Positions 11,793 to 22,915 of a DNA stretch of 64,000 bases are shown one piece after another. The position numbers were made by a program, and so were the translations under genes. The stretch is taken from positions 664,181 to 728,180 of the forward strand of contig NW_003314311.1 in the NCBI RefSeq assembly GCF_000143415.4, given 5' to 3'. The notes below the pieces were generated by a model. It searched no databases. It saw nothing but the letters and a program-made list of their open reading frames with translations, and was not told the DNA's origin. How positions within the stretch are numbered: the stretch's first letter is position 1; each line of letters begins with the position of its first letter. This stretch comes from Selaginella moellendorffii (lineage: Eukaryota > Plantae > Lycopodiophyta).

Positions 11793-12695
11793 TTAGTCCG
11801 ACTGAGACGAGAACACGTCCTTGACAGCCGAGGCCGCAGTGAGGTAATTGAGCGTGTTCCTCAGCGTCTCCTTCTCCCTCTTCAACCGCAGCCCCGTGTC
11901 CTCCAGCTCCAGCAACGCCTGCTGCTCCAGCGGCGCCCCCTCGAACGTACTCCCCACCCAGAAACTAAACGGCGTCGGGAACAAGTTCTTGCGCAGGTCC
12001 TCCGGCGTCTCCTTGTCGCCCTTCTTGTTCATCCTGTTCGACAGCCGGATCACGTCCTTCATGTACGCCTCCACCTCGCTTGCCAGCTTCTCCAGATCCT
12101 CCTCCTCCTCCCCATCCTCCTTCAAACGCTGCGGAGGCTTGTCCTCGATCCACTCCACCTCCGCCACCAAGTACGGCGACGTTCTCACCACGCTCGCCAC
12201 CCGGAACCTCTCCTGGCCCTTGCAAATGAGGAAGAAGCGATCGTCCACCAGCCTCTCGTGCTTGATCACCTCGCCCACGCAGCCGATCTCCGCCAGCCCC
12301 GTCGATCGATCCGTGAACACCACCCCGAAGCGCAGATCCGTCTGGAGCAGCGTGTGCATCATGATCCGGTAGCGGAACTCGAAGATCTGGAGCGGGAGGA
12401 TGGCGCCCGGGAAGAGGACCAGCGGGAGTGGGAAGAGAGGGAGCTCGACTGGACTGGGACTTCGATCATTCTCTGGCGATGGCGATGGCGATGGCTTGGA
12501 GGAGGCGTTGCATCTGTGAGGCCTGGACGAGGGAGCGCATTTGGATCGGCGGAGAGGAGGACTGAGAGAGGAGATCTTTCTGGATGCGGCCCTGGATTTC
12601 TGCCCTAGGAGATGCCCGGGAGAATCCGGGCTCCTGGAGAGAGCGAGAGGATTGGACGATGGAGCGGGAGCTAGAATCGCCGGCATTGGCAACAT
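11793..12695 (-). CDS. LON peptidase N-terminal (substrate-binding) domain protein, probably plastid-targeted, intronless
   Basis: ELPLFPLPLVLFPGAILPLQIFEFRYRIMM, GCVGEV, KGQERFRV and EQQALLELEDT; Ser/Pro/Arg-rich transit-like N-terminus; first in-frame ATG at 12695. Confidence 0.92.
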   Translation of the reverse strand: MLPMPAILAPAPSSNPLALSRSPDSPGHLLGQKSRAASRKISSLSPPLRRSKCAPSSRPHRCNASSKPSPSPSPENDRSPSPVELPLFPLPLVLFPGAILPLQIFEFRYRIMMHTLLQTDLRFGVVFTDRSTGLAEIGCVGEVIKHERLVDDRFFLICKGQERFRVASVVRTSPYLVAEVEWIEDKPPQRLKEDGEEEEDLEKLASEVEAYMKDVIRLSNRMNKKGDKETPEDLRKNLFPTPFSFWVGSTFEGAPLEQQALLELEDTGLRLKREKETLRNTLNYLTAASAVKDVFSSQSD

Positions 12696-12949
12696 CGCGG
12701 CCACGATCGTGGATATTTCGGCTAGACGAGGCTCATCGAGGCGCAGGCGATGGCGATGGGACTGACGGCGCTGCTGCTGCTGCTGCTGACACAAACCCCG
12801 GATTTCGACCTTGCCGCCATGGCGCTGGATGGATTGGAGCCGACGACGTACCTGATCGATGCCGCCGACGATCGAGCGCCTTGGAGCCGCCCTGGCCCTC
12901 GCCGCGTGTTCTTCGCCCGGAAAGATTCATTGTGGTGAGGGGCGCCGCC

Positions 12950-13003
12950 GACGTGGCGCAATGTGAGACACGCCTGGGGAATGCATCGCTGACCTACACG
13001 TGG
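12950..13003. promoter_or_regulatory. G-box/ABRE motifs upstream of the LON-N gene
   Basis: GACGTGGC near 12950 and CACGTGG at 12997, between the PIN stop codon and the LON-N start. Confidence 0.35.
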
Positions 13004-13064
13004 ACGGCCCGGATGAGCTTAAATCGTCCTAATAGATGCACGTAAAATCTGGCAACTGTATCAA

Positions 13065-15353
13065 CTATAATCCCAGAAGCACGTAATAGAGCAGTGTGAT
13101 AGGAAGCGATACGAGCATACCAAAGATGACTCTGATAAAAATTGCAAGCACGAGTTAGCTCGTAAGCAAATAAAGCAAAGCAAAGCAAAAGACTTACGCA
13201 GTGCTCAGGACGTCTGGATGCACATTGTACTCTTTAGCAAAAACGAAAGGGACAATACCTTGCGGCAAGGCAGCCTGATAGAACACGAAATGGAAAGAAA
13301 AGAAACAATCCTTTTGTGAGAAACGAAAGAAAGAAGAAACAAAGTATTCTTGCCTGGACAATCGACGCTCTCAAATCCATATTGCGAAGCCCCGCTGCGA
13401 TTGAAGTAGCCGACATGATCGCGGGGCTGGTCACAAACCTGATAACCATTCCGATTATCGTCATCGACGTCCCGCACGCGAGTAGCTTTGGTTGCAAAGC
13501 CATGAACAATCCTAGGATTTGCTCATCGAGTTTGTCAAAGAAAAACAGAAGAAGAAGAAACTCACCCAAGCTAAACATGGCCATTCCAAGCCCGGCGTCC
13601 GATAGAATCGTGATGGAGCCTTCGATAATCTTTGGCATGCGGAGGTTCCATCTGAGTTGCAAAAAACAGTGTGAGTTGGAGAGGTGTAGCTTTCACTTCG
13701 AGAAAAGAAAAAGAAAGAAAAGAGAGAAAAGAATCTTACCGGAAGGAAATGAGTGCCCACGTCAAGCCCAGTAAGCTCGAGTACGTGTTTGGATTCCGAA
13801 CAAGCTTCCTCCACACCATGTCCAGGATGAGCTTCGTCATCACAGCTGTAGACGGCATGTCCGGATCGTCTGGCAGCTTTGCAGCAGCATCCTTTGATGG
13901 TAGAAAAGTTTTGATCCATGGCCTGTTCCTTTCCGCTGGAGTCTGAACAGCAGCAGCAGCACTTCCATCCGGTCTTGTCACTGCTTCTTCGGGAACTAAT
14001 AACAGAGAAAGAGAGACAGAGAGTATGAGCACAAAACAAAGAAAAACGAGTTTGACAATCAAACAACCAATCAAACCAACTGGACATACCTTCCAGCGTT
14101 GTTTCGTGTGACATGAGAACTTTCTCGTCCTTCCGCCACAAGAGCTTCGCCGGAGCAGCCACCGACGCTGGCGACCTCGGCGACGTACTCGCACTCCACA
14201 CGAACATCTGGAGCTCTTTCGCATCGTAGTCCAAGTTGGAGGACGCGCCCTCCTCGTTGTTGTCCTTCTTGGTGATCTGCACCGCCGTCTGCGAGAAGCC
14301 CTGGTTGCAAACCAAGTGCCGGAAGTGGTCGTCAAAGTTTGGAGTTCCTCGGCCGCCGCCACCTCCAGTTCGGTACATGTCCAGCGGGAAGATATGATCG
14401 TCCCTGACCGAGATGACGGCCTCCCGAGGAGTGTGTACGTTGGACGACTGATTCGACGACTGGAAGACCGAGTCGAGCTCCTGGAGACGAAACGGACTGC
14501 CACTCCGGCTGCCGGACGTCATCAGATAGAAATCACTCCGGTCGCTGCTGCGATGGAAGCTGTGCCCCGGAGTCAAGACGCTCGAGGAGTGCACCGAGTA
14601 TATCTCCGCGTTGCTCAGGTCCGAGGCTCCGGGAGTGCTGGCCTTGGAAGAAAACGCCGTGCTCGTCATCGCCGCCGGAGGAAAGAACGGATTTTTCGTC
14701 GCAGGAGCAGTGCGAATTGGTGGTGGCGAGCGCTTGAGCTGGACGTAAATCTTGCCATCTTCTCCCACGGAGGCCTCGGTGGTCAGGCCTTCCTTGAAGC
14801 TGAGAGAAACCACGTCCGGATCGGCCTTGACGGAGGCGATGGCAGCGGCGGGCTTTGGAAACTTTTGCGCGACGAGGATCTTTGCGCTGCGGTACTCGAA
14901 CAGGACGAGGAGGAGCGTGTACCAGACAATGCACTGGAGGACGACGGCTTGGACGACGAGCCTGGAGGGGTCGCCACCATACATGGCGTTGAGCAGCGGG
15001 ATTCCCATCACCAGCGTGTTCGGAAGCGTCGCCAGCATGAAGAGAGTGATCATCCACTCGAGGCTGCCGCGGCGCGAGTATCTCGTCCAGGCTCCCAGGA
15101 CCGCCAGGACGATGATCTTCTGGAGAGCGTCGGCGAGGACGAACTTGAGGCTCATGTCGTAAGGATTGTTGTGAGCGATGATCTGGAAGGAGAGGAGCGG
15201 CACCGCGAAGATGGCGACGAAGCGGTTGATGCCGGAGCACTGGTCAGGCGTGAGGATTCCCCACCACCTCACGGAGGCGTAGGCGAGGAGCATGGCGACG
15301 TAGAGTGGAACCATTGCCGCCATGACCGTGTAGAACTCCGCCGGACTTATCAT
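13065..15353 (-). CDS. PIN: PIN-FORMED auxin efflux carrier (long-loop type), 6 exons
   Basis: [30 protein letters not shown] and [12 protein letters not shown]. Exons 15353-14090, 13995-13740, 13651-13566 (86 bp), 13511-13354 (158 bp), 13274-13198 (77 bp) and 13131-13065 (67 bp); the last four match typical PIN exon sizes. Confidence 0.97.
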
Positions 15354-18103
15354 CTTGTCGCCGAGAGAGAACTTTGCGAGAAACTTGATGGATGATCTCC
15401 TCTTCTTCGCCGAGAAAGAACTTTGATGGATGCTCTTCTTCTTCTTCTTTCGTTACTGGACGAGACTGAATTTTCCTGGCAGCGCAGCGCGATCCATAGA
15501 TTGGACTGGAATAAATCCCCGAAGAAATATGAAAGTCACACGCGTGACGGAAACCCGATGAGATAGCGCTGGTGCCAAGTATCGAGGAAAGATTGTCGTC
15601 CCATGCTATATAAAAATCAGCGTTTCTTCTTTGCGTTATCAGTTACGCTGCATTGCGTCTCGCAGCCTGAAAGAATTCCATTAGCTCATTCGTTTGAAAT
15701 TGAAAATCTGAATGCAGGCGAAAGAGAAATTTTGAGTTTACCCGACGACGAGGAGCAAGAGCACGATGCCCGGAACGAAATTTTTTCTAGATGTGATGTT
15801 GGCGAAAGTCACGCTTTGTTCAACCTCCATTGATGGATTACTTGACAAGCAAGCGGCAGCAGCACAGTAGCTTTCCTGTCATTGAGAGGCGAAAGAATGG
15901 AAATCATTGGCAATCTGCAACGAGATCTCTCTGCTTTTATCTCGTTTTTTTTTTTCTCTCTTTTTCGCTTCGAGAAGACCGCGAATCCGATATGGGATTG
16001 TTCCGCAATTGATGTTTTTGTAAGGAAAGAAGGTATGCGAACGAAAGCAAGGAAAAACAAAGGACAACAATGAATAAAACGAAACAAAACTCGGCAGAAA
16101 AGCGAGGGAGAGACTCAAATTTCCCTCCGACGACACGCAAACCGTGCGACGAAGGACCTCCAATTCTCGTCACCGGCAAGACGGTGGAATAATGCGACTT
16201 TCTCCGGACCAAGAAACAAAACCAGCGAAGAAAAGCAGACTGGAAGAGAGGGAGACGAGCAAAAAGGAAAAGCGTCCTCTGAACCTTCAGGGCAGTGCAC
16301 AAAGAACTTGCCACTGAATCTATCCAATAAATACACAGAACAGGAAGGTAGACAAAGCTACAGAGAAAAAGAGCAAAGAAACATCGATAGACAATAATTT
16401 GATGAGAAACCAGAAAGCCCAAAAAAAAACTCTGCTGGAACTGGAACTTCAAACAGAAGAAAATAAATTTAAAAACACTGTATTTAAGAACAACAACTCG
16501 AGACAATGACAAACAAAGAAAGGGAAGTGTGGCCTCTTTTCCGAGCCGAGAAGCCAGATGCCTTTCCTGTGGCACTGTACGCACACGTAGCAAATGTGGC
16601 AGCGGCAGAGTAATATTAAACACTACTCCTAGTACCAATTCTGATGCGATGCGATGCAGAGAGGAACAAAGAAATAAAAAGGAGACAGCTAAGAAAGAGA
16701 GATGCCAAATTTTTACCTCACAGCACGCAAGATCCGATCCTTCATTCGACTGTTCCTGCGCCGCGCAGCGATCGTCGTCCTCCTCCTCCGCCATACCGCA
16801 GAGTTCAAGAGCCCTAAAACCCCAAACCCTAAAGTGTAAAAGGAATATTCCTGTTTAAATCAAGCAAATGTTTGATTTGAGTGGCATTGTCAAAGAGGTT
16901 GCATCACCAGCAAGCAGGGGCTAGATTGTTCAATCTCAGTCTCCATGTGTAAAGCCATGTGCAGCTGCAGCTGCTGGCCACCTTCACTTCAGAAATGTTG
17001 ACCCACCAAATCTTTCACTTCTTGAATTCAACCTGCAACTCCTTCTTTGCAAAGCCCAGCAGCATCAAATGCCTATTGCACCACTAGTACCAAACATTGG
17101 CATGGAACCAAGAGAAAGCACACACACAGCAAGAATTGCCAGCTCAACTACTAGAAGCTGGGCAAGCACCACTCACTTTTCTGTCTGCCTTGCTATTGAC
17201 ATACATTCCACTTTAAATAAAATAGAGTGCATGGAGCAGGACAAAGCCATGTAGATTGGTAAGTGTCAATGCCTGACAGTTAAGTAGACATGTTTCACAC
17301 TAGACACAACACAGGAGGCACGCTCCATCAGAATAGCTTAGGGCCCAGTATCAGCAACCTCGAATAAAATAAAAACGAAATAACGAAATAAATAAATAAA
17401 TATAAGAAATGAAGTGTTATTCCTCGTATTTGGCGTTTCGCATTTGGCACTTGGCAGCTTTGCTTCCGAGCCAAAGCATTTTAAAAAAATATACTAGAAA
17501 TTTAAAGAAAAAGGAAACGAAGACGTTTGGATCCAATCAACCCTGTGATCGTCTTTGTCTGTCAGCCCTGTCTGTCCCTCGGTGCGCTTTGTCAACAAAC
17601 TAGCCAGCTTGGTCTTCTTCTTCTTCGTCTTCTTCTCCTTCGTTTTCTTTCTTTTCTCCTCGACAGCCATTGTTCGTCCTGATGGTGTGCTAGATTTGAT
17701 TTGATTGATCGATTGCTGCTTTGCTTCCAGCCGGCCATCACCAAAGAAAAGCGCAAACCAGCCTCTCTAGCTAGCTTCTCTTTCTCTTTTGCCAAAAGTC
17801 ATTCTCTCCTAGTAGACAAAGAGGCGAGCATTAGAAATATATATACATCTATATACAAACCAATGGACGTAGAGAAAGGCTAGCATATACAAGGCATATC
17901 CAAAAATAAAAAACAAAAAACAAAAAATGAATCGGTGGTCGCTCTTTTCTCTGTAAAAACAAAGAAACAGCAAACACACAAACGTAATAAGAGATTTGCC
18001 ATATAAACACCACAAATCAACTTGTGCTCACCTGTCACAGTTGAATAAAACTGTAACACACGGCTTCTTTAACAGCTCTCTTTCTTTTCCTACGTGTTCT
18101 TCG

Positions 18104-21100
18104 TCAAGATCGGGGTTGTAGCGACGAACTCATCGACCTGAGCTCGCTGGCAATCTCGGCAAACGATGGCCTCGCCGAGGGATCGGCGTCCCAGCAGCGT
18201 TCCATCAGAGACCTCCACGCTGGCTCACACCAATTTGGAATCGGTGGACGAAGCGTGTTGCTAACAATGCCACCTGGTTTTGACACGAAAAGCTTCAAGA
18301 TGAAACGATCTCGAAAAACATCTCACCTATGATCGCTCCGTAGTGCATGTTTGCATAAGGCTCCTCTCCGGTGAGAAGCTCCCACATAACTATCCCGAAT
18401 GAGAAAACATCCACCTGATATACCAAAACACATCGCCGCTATAAAACCGAAAGAAGGATTCTGGGTGCCGAAGTCACTTACTCTCTCACTGACCATACAA
18501 CTCGAGGTGCTCAAGAGCTCAGGAGCCATCCACGGCAATGTTCCTCGGACGCCACCAGACACCATTGTCTGGCGCTTAACTTTCGACAGTCCCAGATCTC
18601 CAACCTGGAAACGTGCACAGTCACTCACTACAAAGCGAAAGAACGAGAGACGAAGATATCATTACCTTGCACACTGGCCGATGTGGATCCCTCATGTTGA
18701 CCAGCAAATTCTCGCACTTCAGGTCGAAATGAACGATGTTCTTTCCGTGTAGATACTCCATCCCAAAAGCAGCGTCTGTTGCTATCAACAGTCGCTTCCG
18801 ACGATCAATGGTTCTGAAATCTGGCAAGTTAGCCGATACAGTCCATCCTCTTTTGAGTTCACGTACCTGTCTTTCTTCTGAAGCACTTGCTTCAACGATC
18901 CATTTACCATATACTCTGTGACGGTTGCCAGCGTTCCGCCAGGGCCATCGGGAACCACGCCGTAGAAAGCCACAACATTCGGATGGTGGAGCTTACTCAG
19001 CGTGCCCGCCTCTCTCCAGAAATCAAGTATCTGGAAGAAGGTTGTTCAGTTTGGAACGTTTTAATGGGAGGATACATACCAGACGATCTCGTTCCACCGG
19101 CCTTCCTTCGAAACAGCTCGCTTTTATACGCTTAATCGCGACATCTGTTCCCCTCCACTTTCCATGGTAGACTGTACCATATGTTCCAGATCCGAGCTCT
19201 CGGATTTCCTCGAGATCGGAGTTTTTTATTATCTAATCATAACATCAAAAGCATGTTAGCCGAGTCAACGACAAGAAGAAATAAACAAAATTACCTGCAA
19301 GCCACGAGATTTCGCTTCCTGTTCCGCAGCTAACGAGATATCACCTGGAGGAGGAGAGTCATGGCTGGCTTCAGCCTGAAAAGACAGGTTAGCTAAAGAG
19401 GATATAAAAACAAGAGACCACCTTATCATGAGCTTCAACGCTAGTATGCTCTCTACATGCCTCGTTTTCGGTAATAGGCTCCTCGTCACGGCAAAGAACT
19501 TTGTCCCAGTTCTGCACAGTCAACGTTGGTTGTGGCACCAGATCCAATTCCTGGACAGGTTCAATCTCCTTCTGAACTGGAAAATTTGACGACGTTGCCG
19601 GAAACTCGTAGTTGGACCTCAACACTGACGAAACCATGTCTTCCGCCAGATGACCAGTTTCCGACATCATGTGAGAAAGCTTGCGGGATGCGTCGTCATC
19701 AATTTCACTCTTCACAGCACTTGCTTCGAGGTCCCCAGCCCCAATGCTCCGATTCCACTGAGATATGGTATCGAAAATGGGAAGACTAACAGAAGGAGCA
19801 CAACTGTAAGCTGCGGATGCCTGCTGACTCTGAGCTGCTGAACCAACCTGGCTGACTAGACCTGTAAGATTATTATTGCTGGAAGGCCTAGCGATGTTTA
19901 CTCTCGCGCTAGAGCCCGTATCAGTGAGGAGATCCGGTGTCTCGTCTTCGGTCATCCATCTGCTGCCAAATCCTGTCTCGGAAGTATTTATCCCTGACGT
20001 CGATGACCGGTTCAATGGCTGGGAGTCCATAAATTTTGGAGGAACCTGACTAGAGGGCCCAATGCCACTTCCGTGCACCACAAAAGGCAGCGAGTTCGTA
20101 ACAGCTTGGCGGAGCTCAGGCTGCAGGAAAAAGAAAATATATAAATGTAAGCTTCAAAAGAGAAGAACACGAGGCGAGTGGTTTACCTCGATGAGTGGTT
20201 TTTGATTCCTAAGCCCCGAGTCTTCTGCTTCCAAGTTTCTCTCTTGCCAGTCGACGACCTCTGGTTGATGGCCATGAAGCGAAAGTTGCTCCATTTGCAC
20301 CAGATGGTCTTGGTAATCAAATCTGGGATTCAAGTGCGGAGATGTTTTAACTTGGCGCCTTGGCTCGCCACCTCTTTGACCATTGTCCGGATAATAGAAA
20401 GAATTTTCCTGATATCCTGGACCGTATAGGCCCATAGGTTGCCTGGGTAGCATCTCTGGTCCTTGCTTCTTGTCGAACATAAGAGCCATAGCCACTTGAT
20501 CCGATGGAAACCGCTCATGATGTAGAAACGGCAACGGTTCATCAAGGTGATGATCACGATAGCGAGGTGGCGACGATGAAAGCCTGTAGCCCCGACCGGA
20601 TTCTTCGTGTGTATGAGGCCTCCTTCCATATTGATGGTCGACGGGATTTCCAGGATACGGCCTATGCACACTCAACTGCGGATGGAGTCTGCCATCACGG
20701 TACGCTAGTCGAGGTGAAGATGGCGACGATCCAATCTGATATGGAGCTGAGTGAGCTCCCATCCCGCCACCATCTCCGTGATTAGAGTTTCTCTGGTACA
20801 GATGACCAGGACAATAGTCCTCGTGCTGGATAAAGTCGTGGCCTTGATAATCGTCCGGAAGCTGGTGGCGGTGGTATGCTTCAGCTCTGTACACGGGATC
20901 CTTGAGATACACCACCGGCTGCGCTTGTTGGTGCTGAAGCATATGTGGGAATCCACTGTCGGAGTGCTGAAACTCTGGCCTCCTGTAATCCTGGTTGCTA
21001 TCGAGAGGGTGTTGACGATGTGGCTGCGGCGGCTGCACGACGAACCTTGGCCTCGGCTCCATAAAAAGGTCGTGAGGTAGCAAGTCCTGCTGCTGCTGCT

Positions 21101-22494
21101 GCTGGCTGTCATCAAGTTGCTGCTCCTGAAGCCTTGAAAGCTTCCCATGAGAGCCAACCCGAGGCATCTTCGTCTCGTGAGGATAGCCACGTAGAATCCG
21201 GTCATGATCATGCGTCACCTCCGCTCGAGAATTTGGATAGTAGTGATCCAAGTCGAAGTGGCCTACGTCCGTGTTTAAGTTCCCAAAGTGCTGCTGCTGG
21301 CTATCATCAAGTTGCTGCTCCTGAAGCCTTGAAAGCTTCCCATGAGAGCCAACCCGAGGCATCTTCGTCTCGTGAGGATAGCCACGTAGAATCCGGTCAT
21401 GATCATGCGTCACCTCCGCTCGAGGATTTGGATAGTAGTGATCCAAGTCGAAGTGGCCTACGTCCGTGTTTAAATTCCCAAAGTGCTGCTGCTGTCCTTC
21501 CGATGCAAACATCCCGTAAGCATGACCCCCAAGATTCCTGGCATACGGCTGCTGTGGGACTAAAGCTGGCGACGACGACGCCGAGTTAAAGGCCCCCTGT
21601 AGCTTCTTAGCGAGTAACTGCTCTTCGAGGGTGGCGTCTAAAGCAACAAGATTCTCAGCGCTGGGACGAGCACTAATGCCACCGCCACTGACCCCACTCT
21701 CGGATTTCCTCGACCCCGTTTCCAGCAACCCGTTGACAGCCTCCACGTACCACTGCTCGGACTTTCTCGGGTCCAAAGGATCGATCGAGAGGCTCTCACC
21801 ATCAGCAACCGAGAAGAGAAACACCCTGAGCCGCTGCAAGCCATCGTTGTCCTCGAGCCGGTCATACTCCTCCATCATGTTTTGCAAGTCCTCGTCGGTA
21901 GAGACCGATATCAATGCGTCCAGATCCTCGTTGGGCAACTGGTACTTAAGTGACAGATCCTCCCCGTAGTGCTTCTTCATCTTGAGCATGAGCTCCGCGT
22001 AGCTCACGTCCCTCTTGAGGCTCACAATTCGCGTCTCGCCACCAACGTACCGGAGCTTTCCATCGGATGGACGTGGAAGAATTCGCCCACCAAAGCTACA
22101 CATGAGCTTCACGCGTGAAGGCGAGGCCTCTTCTCTCGATCGATTCTGGCCGCCTGGAAGAACGAAGCGAGGGATAAGCGAGAGAAAACATTTCGCCATC
22201 CAGTATCGAGATATTTATACCTGAGTCGTAATCCAGGCGTCCCATGGCCGGGGATCCAATCATTCCCTGGTCCGTCCCGGATTCATCGTCCTCAATTGGG
22301 GGCAAGCTGTCGATCGAGGACAGAGATCCGCCATCGGGGAAGCACTGCCATGTCTGCACGGATCTCCCGCTGTGAAATCCCTCCTCGATATTGGGGCCGA
22401 GCTTGTGCTGCTGCTCCATTCCAGCTGAAATCGCAGAAATTCCAGTGCCGCGCCGGTAATTTCCAAGGACATTATCATCAGACACAAGCATCAT
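18104..22494 (-). CDS. PB1-domain Raf-like MAPKKK (group B4 RAF), multi-exon
   Basis: PB1 domain [28 protein letters not shown]...[14 protein letters not shown]. Kinase motifs [47 protein letters not shown] and RPSFAEI. Confidence 0.95.
21105..21494 (-). repeat. In-frame 195-bp tandem duplication inside the Raf kinase linker
   Basis: Two copies (21105-21299, 21300-21494) encode QQQHFGN...EQQLDDS; 3 substitutions seen between them. Confidence 0.95.
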
Positions 22495-22915
22495 CGGTCG
22501 AGGATGGATCTTCTCATGCTGGAAGCACACAACACAAGCATTGGATCATCGCCGAGGCCACGCGAGAGAGGAAAGAGATCGCGAGATCCGGGGAGGAGAG
22601 AGCGACATACCTTTGGAATTGGCAAAAAACCCTAGTCAAATTCCAAGAGCCCTAATGCACTCACTCCACTTGTAAAAAAAAGTGCCGCATATAAGAAATA
22701 TATTCGAGTGGATATACAAAAAGCATATTCACCGTACAACCTTAGCGTGGACACGTGGAAAAATATAAACCGACACATAGCCAACATCTGGCTATAAACA
22801 AAATGTACTCTAGCGCTTGTTCGTCTTGTTTGTTCTTCCATTCTTTCGACGTCCCACTTTCCTGGAGAAGTTCTAGCTCGCCTTCTCAGTTCTTCCTAGA
22901 AATCCTTTCTTCGTG

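Noticed and set aside
14316-15395. Long antisense ORFs over PIN exon 1, and similar ones over the LON-N and GT34 genes
   Set aside because: Shadow frames produced by GC-rich codon usage; no recognisable protein.
15937-16794. 285-aa ORF upstream of PIN
   Set aside because: Beyond the first 26 codons it is Phe/Leu-rich translation of T-rich intron-like DNA.
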